The translations under genes were made by a program, and so were the position numbers. The notes under the pieces were generated by a model, which was not told the DNA's origin, made no database searches, and saw nothing but the letters and a program-made list of their open reading frames with translations. Positions 8,999 through 17,611 of a stretch of 28,904 nt of DNA are shown here, piece after piece. Position 1 is the first letter of the stretch. Every line of letters begins with the position of its first letter. The stretch lies in NCBI GenBank assembly GCA_043718025.1, contig JAYSWN010000111.1:1-28904 (forward strand), in the 5' to 3' direction. The stretch is from Pseudomonadota bacterium (GTDB lineage Bacteria; Bdellovibrionota; FAC87; UBA2466).

Positions 8999-10423
8999 AT
9001 GTTCAAACGCGGCCATCAACGTTTTTTCGCCTTCGTTCTTTTTCTGGTTTTTCTCATGGGTTGTGAAAAGAAAGAGTCGGCGCAACAAAGAGCGGTAAAG
9101 TTATCCTTGCACCTCGCCCAGTCCGGTTCGACACTCGAGGTAAGGGGAGAGGTCGCCGTTCGGGCGGCAATGGAACTTTGGGCTCCCGCTCTTGAAGGCG
9201 GAACATTGGGAATTCGCGGCGCGGCAGCCGGCGTTACGAAGTTTTCAGTGAATTGTGTGGATCTAAGTTCGCCAGGCTTTGCGCAATTTCTAGAACAAAA
9301 TGCTGGAGGTGTTTCTAGCGAACAAACTACGACCGCCGACGCCGCGCCAACACAGCGTTACCTCAAGATAGTGAATACCCCCGAGGCTGTAGAAAAATAC
9401 TATAAATTACGCGCGGTGGCCTGGTCAGGGATTTCGCAGGCGGCGATTAATCAAATTGCGGTTTGTCCCCCTGCCCCCCCTTTAACGGGAGAGGTCACCA
9501 CGCTACCGAACAGCCCCGTTGATATTGGCCAGTTAACCAAACCCGTGTGTCAACGAGCAGATAGAACCACATCCGCGGTTACTTGCCCCGAAGGCAGCAC
9601 TCCGGCCATTGAAGGTAAGTGCCCCCTTCCCGCTGGCAGTAGCCCTGCACCCTCCTGCTATCCCGGAAGCCAAGGCGACTTCAAAACCTGCCAAGGAAAA
9701 ATGAATCCACCTGTAGGTTGTAAGGAAATTGGAAGTCACTGGAGCCCAGTTCCGCCCTTGCCTGCCGGCGGACCGAATTCAGCCTGCCCCTGTGAAGTTG
9801 GCGACTGCACGACTTTATATCAAGATTTTTCGTGCAATCTTTGCGGGCAGATCTGCTGCGTTTCATTTGAAATAGGAACTCACCAAGGGCCGTTGGATCC
9901 CGTATCCGGCCTCGGTGCGTATTGCGCCTTCGGGTGCTTTGCCAAAGGCACCAAGATTCAGATGGAAGATCGGTCGGAAAAGCTGGCCGAAGAGATCAAA
10001 GCCGGAGACTCCCTGTGGAACCCCATCAAAAAATCAGGGGTACGAGTAAAGCGCGTTGCTCAGGGAACTGACCTTGAAGGTTTCTACGAACTAAAGGCCG
10101 GTACCCGCACGCTAACCGTAACCGCGATTCATCCCCTGCCAACCAAGCGGGGAATGCTTTTGGCCAAAGAGCTAACCGTGGGCGACATAGTCTTCGATGC
10201 GGAGAATCGCCCCCTGAAACTAGAGTCGATACGCCCACTCATTGACCAGGGCGCACCCACCTATAACTTTGACCTCGATGCTAAAACCAATGACCCAAAT
10301 GGCCGAATTTTGGTGGGCAATGGTATCGCCACCGGCGATCTAAAAACACAAAGCGACTTGCAGAAAAAAGGCTTTAGCCACGACCTGGTGAAAAAGCGAC
10401 TCGCGCAACCTAAACTTCACTAA
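8999..10423 (+). CDS. Cys/Pro-rich lipoprotein with C-terminal Hint (Hedgehog/intein-like) autoprocessing domain
   Basis: FLVFLMG-C lipobox; Hint block A G|CFAKGTKIQMED (Cys313, nt 9935), IKAGD, block B LTVTAIHP, block F TYNF, block G ILVGNGIATGD. Confidence 0.88.
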   Translation: MFKRGHQRFFAFVLFLVFLMGCEKKESAQQRAVKLSLHLAQSGSTLEVRGEVAVRAAMELWAPALEGGTLGIRGAAAGVTKFSVNCVDLSSPGFAQFLEQNAGGVSSEQTTTADAAPTQRYLKIVNTPEAVEKYYKLRAVAWSGISQAAINQIAVCPPAPPLTGEVTTLPNSPVDIGQLTKPVCQRADRTTSAVTCPEGSTPAIEGKCPLPAGSSPAPSCYPGSQGDFKTCQGKMNPPVGCKEIGSHWSPVPPLPAGGPNSACPCEVGDCTTLYQDFSCNLCGQICCVSFEIGTHQGPLDPVSGLGAYCAFGCFAKGTKIQMEDRSEKLAEEIKAGDSLWNPIKKSGVRVKRVAQGTDLEGFYELKAGTRTLTVTAIHPLPTKRGMLLAKELTVGDIVFDAENRPLKLESIRPLIDQGAPTYNFDLDAKTNDPNGRILVGNGIATGDLKTQSDLQKKGFSHDLVKKRLAQPKLH

Positions 10424-10460
10424 ACATTTCTTGAATGGGAATCAAGCGCAATGAACGTCG

Positions 10461-10531
10461 TGTTACTTTTTTGTTACAGTTAGTTGCATAATCAGAAATC
10501 TCTTGACTGAATTTTCCCATCTCACGTAGAC
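10461..10531 (+). promoter_or_regulatory. Putative TGTTAC-N5-TGTTAC direct-repeat operator and sigma70-like -35 upstream of the 10582 gene
   Basis: tgttac at 10461 and 10472 (11-bp period); TTGACT at 10503-10508; weak -10 candidate TAGACA. Confidence 0.35.
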
Positions 10532-10581
10532 ATCGATCCTCACCATTGAAGTGCCTCACCAAACGAACAGGAGAAAGATCG

Positions 10582-11784
10582 ATGTTTGCTCAAGTGCTAA
10601 CGATTTTGGCGTCAATATTTTTTACGGCGGCATCTATCCTTGCGGCGGAAGGTAAGGTTGTCCAATTCCATCCGTTGAAAGACCAAAACATCGAAATTTC
10701 TCACGCCGATATAAAAGCGAACCGACTCTATTTGGCGCGAAGCCCGGTAACCGGAAAGCAGTCGCTCTTACTTAGCCGCGCTCTTAACAGCCCACTTACC
10801 GGCTCGGAATGGTTTCGAGTTAGGTTCGCGAGTAGCGTGGACCCAAAAACCATTTTGAATGAACCCTCTCCGAAGTCAGCCGACGCCATTTTGGAATGGT
10901 TTGCCCTGTCGGCCGGCACGGCGGTTCCCGGCTCTTTTTTTGGTTTGAACGGATCTGAAGCCGCGACCATGTTTATGTTCAAGCAGTCCTTTACTGAAGA
11001 CCCCAACACGCATGCAAAAAGATTAGACGGTTGGTGGGTAGAAATGTCCGATCAAACTTCGCCAACGGTCATACGCACGGCCGACACCTTTGAGGACATG
11101 AACGAAAGCAGCGGGCGACTGGCGTGGGAGCTAAATCAGCAGTCCGGGCAATGGCAAATTCTAGCCGCAAGAAGCGAAAAGGGTTCAAGGGTGATACAAC
11201 CCCGCGCCGCCTTTAAACCGGGGGTGCACGAATTATTTGACCCCAGCCTCGGAAAGAATGGCGAATTACTCTGGGCCTACTTATTTGAAAAATCGAACTT
11301 ATACGACGGCGGCGCATGGCCACTGGCGGTAGGGTCGGTAGTACCCAATGTGTACGTCGATGCAAAGTCGACCCAACCGGCCAAACTCTCGCGCCTCTCG
11401 ATGGTAAAGAATGCAGCTGGATTTAGTTACGCTAAATGGGTTGACGGCGGACAGCTTCCCTTCAAGATGGTGCACTCACTAAGAAATGAGGCCTTAGTCT
11501 ATTCCCCAACGGCAGACAAAGCAGAATGGAAATCGGTAGAGCTCAGCTCCCCGTCCCGCTACAACACAGCATCCTATACCTCGGCGGCAACTGAGCGCAG
11601 CAACGCTGATCAGGGGTATATCCTCCCCTTTATGGGACAAGGGCAAACCCAATCCATGCCCTTTCAGTCGACCGGTTCGACGCAAGGGGACCTTGAAGCT
11701 TTGCAGCGACGGGTAATTGAAGTTGAAAGGATACTCAGTACCTATCCCGGGGGCCAACCATTGCCCCTTGGCTATCGACCATAA
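10582..11784 (+). CDS. Secreted hypothetical protein (beta-rich, no Cys)
   Basis: AGGAG then ATG at 10582; Sec signal MFAQVLTILASIFFTAASILA; 400-aa ORF; no family recognised. Confidence 0.8.
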   Translation: MFAQVLTILASIFFTAASILAAEGKVVQFHPLKDQNIEISHADIKANRLYLARSPVTGKQSLLLSRALNSPLTGSEWFRVRFASSVDPKTILNEPSPKSADAILEWFALSAGTAVPGSFFGLNGSEAATMFMFKQSFTEDPNTHAKRLDGWWVEMSDQTSPTVIRTADTFEDMNESSGRLAWELNQQSGQWQILAARSEKGSRVIQPRAAFKPGVHELFDPSLGKNGELLWAYLFEKSNLYDGGAWPLAVGSVVPNVYVDAKSTQPAKLSRLSMVKNAAGFSYAKWVDGGQLPFKMVHSLRNEALVYSPTADKAEWKSVELSSPSRYNTASYTSAATERSNADQGYILPFMGQGQTQSMPFQSTGSTQGDLEALQRRVIEVERILSTYPGGQPLPLGYRP

Positions 11785-11819
11785 AAAAACTCAACCGATC
11801 TGATGGATCTGGACGGCTA

Positions 11820-12089
11820 CTAGTCGTTTTCTTTCTCTTCGGTAATCGTCACCGGAATCACTTTTCGGTCCCGATTGCACGTCACGTTCAGCCGCGAACA
11901 ACGAATCGTGAGGGGATCTAGCCGCACGATGCCGGTCATCACCTCGTCAAAAAAACGGCAGCGGTTACCCACAACACTAGAACCACTAAACAGGCTGACG
12001 TTGCAAAACGAGCGTTCATCCGTTTTTTCCGCCGTTTCCGCGCCCCATGCGAAGCTTGAAAGCACGATCATTGCTAGTAGCAGTTTCAT
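11820..12089 (-). CDS. Small secreted protein with four Cys
   Basis: Signal MKLLLAMIVLSSFAWG; upstream AAGGGG RBS; 89 aa. Confidence 0.75.
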   Translation of the reverse strand: MKLLLAMIVLSSFAWGAETAEKTDERSFCNVSLFSGSSVVGNRCRFFDEVMTGIVRLDPLTIRCSRLNVTCNRDRKVIPVTITEEKEND

Positions 12090-12184
12090 TATTCACCCCT
12101 TTGCGAGAAGGCTAGACGAGGCTTGGCTTAAGCGCACAGCTCGGGGCGTTAATATTTAGTTGATTTGGCTCACGGCAAGGCACT

Positions 12185-13294
12185 TCATTGTGGCTTTTCA
12201 AAAACCTGCATATTGGCGATACCGTAGTACACGGGTTGCGAAGTGGTTAGGTGTCGAAACCCCACGGCTTCAACAAAAGACTGTTGCTCGGCGGGCGTCA
12301 TAAAATCGGTTTTAAAAAGAGAGTGAGCATTTTTTGCGGTGAGAATCGCCACGTCCAAGGCGGTAAGATCAGGGTTATTCCTATAGGCACTGCGCACAAT
12401 TTCTTTCAGAAACTGCCGCCCCGTTGCGGCGTCGTTTGCTTGAAGCACGGGGTCAATCAGTATGAATTTAGCCCCCGGTTTTAAACTGTTATAGATATTT
12501 TGCAGTGCCGTTTTGCGCTGGGCAGTGGGTACCGCAAACAGGGTGAGTACCATCGAAGCTGCGTCGTATTGCTCGATGGGAAACATATGAGGATCACTTG
12601 CGCTACCCCGTCCGGTCCAAAAACGGCCGAAGTTAGCAAGACCAGGATCAGAATATTTGGCAGCGTTTAGATCAGTGATTTCATTCAAACGCCAATTGCT
12701 AATGTTGATACCGGCTCCGGCGATGTCGATCCCGCTAAGAATCGTACGAGGATTGCGAACCACAGTGGCGATACCAAGATTTCCGTCTCCAATTCCCACA
12801 TCGAGAACAAGCGGTGGCGAGCCGTTGAGTGCCGTAGCTCCGTCAAAGCGTGGAAAATGATCGATCGTCTGCTGTACCATTTCACGGTGACCGTCAGTGT
12901 GAGTTGGTACGGCGTGAAATCCCGTATTGAGGTAGAGAGCCCAATTACGAGCGGGAGAAAGTCTACCTAGCACGTCGTTAATCGGGCCGTAAACAGTCGG
13001 ATGGTCAGCCACCAGATCTACCAACCTTAAGGCATCTGCCAAAGATTCAATTTTTCCAAATGCTGGACGAGCAATCGACTGTTCAATGAATATCAACCCC
13101 TCACCCAAGGCCTGCCTCACAAACAATTCTCGCAGCTGTGCGTCTTCTCTTTGAATTTTGGCGGCGATCTCGGGAGAAAGGAGGATAAGCGAGTTATTGC
13201 AAAAAGGAGGGATCGCGATGCGATCGTCGGCGAAAACAGCTGACGTCAACAAAACCAATATTCCAACGACCCAATTTTTAACGAAACTTTCCAT
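12185..13294 (-). CDS. Class I SAM-dependent methyltransferase with N-terminal signal peptide
   Basis: Motif I VLDVGIGDG, post-I GID, YDAASM, motif SLKPGAKFILID; signal MESFVKNWVVGILVLLTSAVFA. Confidence 0.85.
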   Translation of the reverse strand: MESFVKNWVVGILVLLTSAVFADDRIAIPPFCNNSLILLSPEIAAKIQREDAQLRELFVRQALGEGLIFIEQSIARPAFGKIESLADALRLVDLVADHPTVYGPINDVLGRLSPARNWALYLNTGFHAVPTHTDGHREMVQQTIDHFPRFDGATALNGSPPLVLDVGIGDGNLGIATVVRNPRTILSGIDIAGAGINISNWRLNEITDLNAAKYSDPGLANFGRFWTGRGSASDPHMFPIEQYDAASMVLTLFAVPTAQRKTALQNIYNSLKPGAKFILIDPVLQANDAATGRQFLKEIVRSAYRNNPDLTALDVAILTAKNAHSLFKTDFMTPAEQQSFVEAVGFRHLTTSQPVYYGIANMQVFEKPQ

Positions 13295-13342
13295 TTTGGC
13301 TCTACCTAACGCTTAATGAAAACCTTCCGACGCCGTTAAGAA

Positions 13343-13359
13343 TGCAATTGGATGGCCAA
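13343..13359 (-). promoter_or_regulatory. Putative sigma54 (-24/-12) promoter for the methyltransferase gene
   Basis: Minus strand reads TTGGCCATCCAATTGCA, exact GG-N10-GC spacing, ~50 nt upstream of the ATG at 13294. Confidence 0.6.
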
Positions 13360-13558
13360 TTTCGTGAGGGAAATGACAGTCCGATTCAAGCACTTAGCGA
13401 TGTATTCAGACGGTCGCCAGGGGACCGACCGTCAACCGGACCCTTGATCGCGCAAAAAAATGACCACCGTGGTTCGAGCACTTTTGCGAATGCCCCTACT
13501 CAAATCACTTTTCCAATAGGGACTGCCTTTTCATTGTGCTAAGCATTTCTCCTCAAAA

Positions 13559-14500
13559 GTGAGCAAGATGAAATTAAAACGGAGGCAGTGGGACTTTCCC
13601 CATTTGGGGTGTATCCTTTTTTGGTTATTCCCCTATTCAAGCTTCGCTTGGAACTGCGCCGATCTGGTTGTTTCGCTGAATGGTTCGCGCTCCCTTGCCA
13701 GACATGCGAGAGCAGCAGAGGTGGCGTTCGAGTGGGCGCGAGTTGAAAAGATACTAAGCACCCTCCTTGTCGCCGGCCCGCGAAGGCCGATAAACGGCTA
13801 CTCCGATTTGCTTATCCCCATTGGTGGACCAAGTACCCTGCACGGAATCGATGAAACTGGGGTTTGGACGAAAAACGACGACCCCGTAACCGACACGCTT
13901 TTTGCCTTGAACCTACCGCCAGAAAATCAAACCACCGTTTGGCAAATGCTATCGAGCTACGAACGCGGGCTGTTGGTTGAACACTTAGCTCTCTATTTCT
14001 CCCGTGGTCGGTACGATGAACGCTTTCTACAACACTGGATCACCAACCCATTAAAGCTCGCTTTAGACACAAGCTTCCACGCCGGCGATCACGGCGATAC
14101 GCCGATTTACGGCATTTCTCCCACCCAACTGATTCGCTCTGCCGATCGCGGTAACTCGTCGGGGGTTTGTAGGCAGGGAAACCTAGCCCTGGTCGGTCTC
14201 TTGATGGAATTAGGAGCCACCCCTGACTACGTGGTTGCCGTGGCGGGTTCAGACTCAAACGATCGTCACATGTGGACAGAGTACCGAACGGGCCTAAACG
14301 ATAAATGGCTCGCCGTCGACGCCACCCCCTATTCAAACCGCGAAAGCTCAATAGACCATCTGCGATGGATGTCCGCTAACGGGTTTCGAAGTCGATTTCC
14401 GTACGACATAATAGTGCACGAGGCCTTTGCAGTGTCGATCGATAGCGCATTGAGATGCCAACGTGAAGTGGTTCGGGCGCGGTATCGTTTGAGTGATTAA
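13559..14500 (+). CDS. Secreted transglutaminase-like (Cys-His-Asp) protein
   Basis: GVCRQ...LLMELG, HMWTEY, WLAVDATP triad; signal ending SSFA; start may be ATG 13568. Confidence 0.85.
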   Translation: MSKMKLKRRQWDFPHLGCILFWLFPYSSFAWNCADLVVSLNGSRSLARHARAAEVAFEWARVEKILSTLLVAGPRRPINGYSDLLIPIGGPSTLHGIDETGVWTKNDDPVTDTLFALNLPPENQTTVWQMLSSYERGLLVEHLALYFSRGRYDERFLQHWITNPLKLALDTSFHAGDHGDTPIYGISPTQLIRSADRGNSSGVCRQGNLALVGLLMELGATPDYVVAVAGSDSNDRHMWTEYRTGLNDKWLAVDATPYSNRESSIDHLRWMSANGFRSRFPYDIIVHEAFAVSIDSALRCQREVVRARYRLSD

Positions 14501-14572
14501 ATGGGTTGGTTTCCGTTGCATAAGCTAAGCCCCTCCCATGAGCAATGAGTTAGGCCCGGCATCATCTACAAT

Positions 14573-15370
14573 TCACCTCTTTTTTTTCAGCAGCTCTCGA
14601 GGGCAACTCGGGTGAACCCAAGTCTCAAGGGACGCGCGTTCTCTTTCTAACGCGCTAACGAGAAACGAAGCTTTGTGAGCTCGCGCTGCGTCCGAGACTT
14701 GGTAACGCTTAAGAAAGGCAATCCCCGCTTTAAACGCGGCAATCTCTTCTCTTTGCCGTTCCTCAAAGGTGGCTGGCTCGGGCCGAACACCAAGTTTAAG
14801 TTTTAGATGGGTCGGCAGATTGCCGTATATTTCGTGCCCTAACGCCGTCAATAGCCGAATGTAGGCATCCGCATGTTGTTTCCCGTCAGTGGGACTCCAA
14901 AAAATTCGATCCACCAAAATAAAAACGAAGGTGATTAACTCCGTACCTTCGCCGGCGGTGGCGGCGGTAAAGGTGAACGCGTCCGAACCATCACTTGCGG
15001 CGGACTCACGAGAATGATCAAAAACCTGAAGCGCAAGCGGATCGGTAGAGTCCGCGAGCACCACATGAACCCGCCGCTTAGCCCGGCTGGTATACGGATT
15101 TTGACGAGCGGGAGGATTCGCCTTCACTTCGTCCATAGCCAACTGCAGCGCTTCTTCAATAATCGGGCGGTTTTGGGCGGAGATACGGCTGGTGGTTTCA
15201 AAGCTGAACTCTGGTGCACCAACGGCGCCACTCACCCAAAGACCGATACTCGAAATGGTAAGCAAAAAAGTAGCCGGCAGCGGCAGTCGCTTAATGCGCT
15301 TCTTCCGCCAAAATCCAAATGGACTACCCGGCGCCGCTCGCTTCGATTCATTGCGCTGTTCCATGATCAA
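14573..15370 (-). CDS. Exported protein with degenerate zincin-like motif (HEIYG...REE); start uncertain
   Basis: Hydrophobic segment FLLTISSIGLWVSGAVGA; LLTALGHEIYGN; downstream EEIAAF; begins 1 nt after the HxlR stop. Confidence 0.65.
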   Translation of the reverse strand: MIMEQRNESKRAAPGSPFGFWRKKRIKRLPLPATFLLTISSIGLWVSGAVGAPEFSFETTSRISAQNRPIIEEALQLAMDEVKANPPARQNPYTSRAKRRVHVVLADSTDPLALQVFDHSRESAASDGSDAFTFTAATAGEGTELITFVFILVDRIFWSPTDGKQHADAYIRLLTALGHEIYGNLPTHLKLKLGVRPEPATFEERQREEIAAFKAGIAFLKRYQVSDAARAHKASFLVSALERERASLETWVHPSCPRELLKKKR

Positions 15371-15371
15371 G

Positions 15372-15692
15372 CTAGTTCTCCTGACCCCACGTCAACAAGG
15401 CAGACAGAACCGGCCTTAAAGTCTTACCTTTGGGGGTAATTGAATATTCCACGCGCGGGGGAACCTCGGCGTAAACTTTTCGGGAAATGAGACGGGCTTT
15501 TTCTAAATCGCGCAACTGAGTGGTGAGCATGCGTTGAGTAATGCGCGGAATGGTGCGTTTTAACTCGTTAAAGCGGCGCGTGTCGTCGAGCAGCCGGTGC
15601 AAGATGACGCCTTTCCATTTTCCGCCGATGAGATCGAGGGCCGCCTCGATGGGGCAGTTTTCATAATCGGGGTGCCGTTGTTTTCTGGCCAT
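15372..15692 (-). CDS. HxlR-family (DUF24) winged-helix transcriptional regulator
   Basis: CPIEAALDLIGGKWKGVIL, RRFNELKR, ITQRMLTTQLRDLE, VYAEVPPRVEYSIT; N-terminal Cys typical of redox-sensing members. Confidence 0.95.
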   Translation of the reverse strand: MARKQRHPDYENCPIEAALDLIGGKWKGVILHRLLDDTRRFNELKRTIPRITQRMLTTQLRDLEKARLISRKVYAEVPPRVEYSITPKGKTLRPVLSALLTWGQEN

Positions 15693-15714
15693 GAATCACC
15701 TTATAAATCAGCAA

Positions 15715-15771
15715 TAGTATACAAAACGTACCTATATGCTTTATTTGTGCGTACTTCACAACTGGTAACTA
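15715..15771. promoter_or_regulatory. Divergent promoter region with probable HxlR-family operator(s)
   Basis: AT-rich spacer with imperfect inverted repeat TAGTATACAAAACGTACCTA and GTGCGTACTT...GTAACTA between the divergent regulator and monooxygenase genes. Confidence 0.4.
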
Positions 15772-15819
15772 TCTTCGCTAAGACACTCCTCATTGAACCC
15801 CCTAACCCAGGAGATAAAG

Positions 15820-16116
15820 ATGAAGTTAGCGTTGTTTGCCAGACTAGAAGCCAAAGCCGGAAAAGAACAAGAGGTCGCTAAGTTGCTAGAGACCGGGCTC
15901 AAGCTTGCCCACGAAGAGACCACCACCCCGGTGTGGTTTGCCTTGCGACTCGGCCCCTCGACGTTCGGCATTTTTGATGCCTTTACCGACGAGAATGGCC
16001 GCACCAAACACCTTAACGGGCCGATTGCGGCGGCCCTAATGGCGCAGGCTCCCCACCTACTTTCTCAGGCCCCAACGATTGAGCGTATCGAGGTGCTAGG
16101 AGCAAAGCTTAGCTAA
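15820..16116 (+). CDS. Antibiotic biosynthesis monooxygenase (ABM)-family / putative quinol monooxygenase
   Basis: AGGAG then ATG 15820; LEAKAGKE, WFALRLGPSTFGIFDAF, HLNGPIAAAL. Confidence 0.9.
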   Translation: MKLALFARLEAKAGKEQEVAKLLETGLKLAHEETTTPVWFALRLGPSTFGIFDAFTDENGRTKHLNGPIAAALMAQAPHLLSQAPTIERIEVLGAKLS

Positions 16117-16127
16117 TTGATTCAATG

Positions 16128-16161
16128 GCCCGTCTCTTTTCTGATCAAAAAAGAGACGGGC
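16128..16161 (+). terminator. 13-bp stem-loop downstream of the ABM gene, probable terminator
   Basis: GCCCGTCTCTTTT-ctgatcaa-AAAAGAGACGGGC perfect stem; no canonical U-tract follows. Confidence 0.6.
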
Positions 16162-16318
16162 TAAACTGAGTTGAACTTCGAGTTGATAGCTCGCCCTAAA
16201 AATGTCCAGAACGCTGCCGCGCGTCGCACGAATCGCCTTAAAGACTGATACCATTTCACTGATTTATCTTTTTTGGCGACAATCGCCTGCCTTTCACTCT
16301 CACCAAAGGGAAACCTAA

Positions 16319-17584
16319 ATGCTTTCAAAAGTGATTTTCACGCTTGTACCAATATTCTCTATTGCGCTACTCAGCTCATGCGGAAAAAGCTCTTCGTCAG
16401 GAACGGTTGTGGCCCCGCATTTTGCCATCAATGGCGTCACCAACGTTCGTGGAGTTGAATTTCTTCAAGCAGGGGCATTCTGGGGGCAGGCGCTTCGTCA
16501 CTTCAATTTGGATACCCGGCCCGCGCCCGACATAAATAACAGCGGGGTGGCAACCAATGTGTCGTCACTCCAATTTTATTTTACTCGCATTCAACTCTGC
16601 GAAAAATTGACCGTAACCGGATCGGGTTACAACAACCAAGAAAATTGCATGACCGTTTACACAGCTGGCGACGGCGATAATGCGTATGACACCTTTAAAA
16701 TCGCCAACGCTGAAGCCTACACCAGCGAGAACTGGGTCGACCTAATGAGTGCGGCCTCGCTCACCAGCTTTTCGGGACGGGCTGGTTCGGCCACCGCCGG
16801 CACCTACAATTACGGAATCATCGAAAACCGAAAGCCCATCAAACTCAACGCCCAATTTGCTACCACTAATTACGGCACGTTAAGAACTTGCAAGGGGGGA
16901 ACGATCACGGTTCAAGGAAGTGGGCTTGATTTCCAAGAGATTTCCACCGTTGGCAACATGACAACCTGCACGCGTGAAACCATGACGATGGGTACAAATG
17001 GGGGCGGCAAGTGGTTCAAGTTTCAAAGTCCGGTCACCGTGGAGTCGGGCAAAAAGTATATTCTTGATCTAGGTTACAACCCCGAAGAGGCACTATTTGG
17101 GGGGACGAGCAGCATTTCTAACACCTACCGCGACGCAACTCGCGCCATTGCCTGGCCGCAGCTACAAATTTCGCCGGTACTTCGTGACACCACAAAAAAG
17201 ACAGTTAGAGAGCAGTACGAGATTAGTAACTTTGTTCTAGGATCGGTACCGGGCAAAATTGTGGTCGATCTCTACTTTGCCGGCACCAAAGCTGACGTGG
17301 GAACCGGAACCATCACCGGCGCCCAGACGCGATTTGTGCATGGGGCCGCGGCGACGTCGGCGTGTTATGCAGAAACGCCTTACTCGGTAACTGGAACGGG
17401 AAGTTCGGTCACTTTAAAATCTTGGAACGATGTTTCAATTGTAGAAACGTTGGCCCGATCGACCACCGAGACCATTGGCGGGACTCAATCCATCCCGGTA
17501 AATACAGGCGTAATTTCTGGCTGCGGCATTACCGCCACGGCAACTACCGCCACGGTAACCTTTAGGGGAGTGGTTGAGCTCTAA
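16319..17584 (+). CDS. Thr/Gly/Ser-rich beta-structured lipoprotein of unknown function
   Basis: Lipobox IALLSS-C followed by GKSSSSG linker; six further Cys; 421 aa. Confidence 0.85.
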   Translation: MLSKVIFTLVPIFSIALLSSCGKSSSSGTVVAPHFAINGVTNVRGVEFLQAGAFWGQALRHFNLDTRPAPDINNSGVATNVSSLQFYFTRIQLCEKLTVTGSGYNNQENCMTVYTAGDGDNAYDTFKIANAEAYTSENWVDLMSAASLTSFSGRAGSATAGTYNYGIIENRKPIKLNAQFATTNYGTLRTCKGGTITVQGSGLDFQEISTVGNMTTCTRETMTMGTNGGGKWFKFQSPVTVESGKKYILDLGYNPEEALFGGTSSISNTYRDATRAIAWPQLQISPVLRDTTKKTVREQYEISNFVLGSVPGKIVVDLYFAGTKADVGTGTITGAQTRFVHGAAATSACYAETPYSVTGTGSSVTLKSWNDVSIVETLARSTTETIGGTQSIPVNTGVISGCGITATATTATVTFRGVVEL

Positions 17585-17611
17585 CCCGGCTGGCTCAGAG
17601 TCGCTCAACGC

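Noticed and set aside
9935..10339. Canonical splicing intein or mobile homing element
   Set aside because: No endonuclease domain, no terminal His-Asn, +1 residue is Leu, and it is not inserted in a conserved host protein
11820..12089. FCNVSL as a seventh C-x3-L tag
   Set aside because: The protein has four Cys that probably form two structural disulfides, so it was not counted
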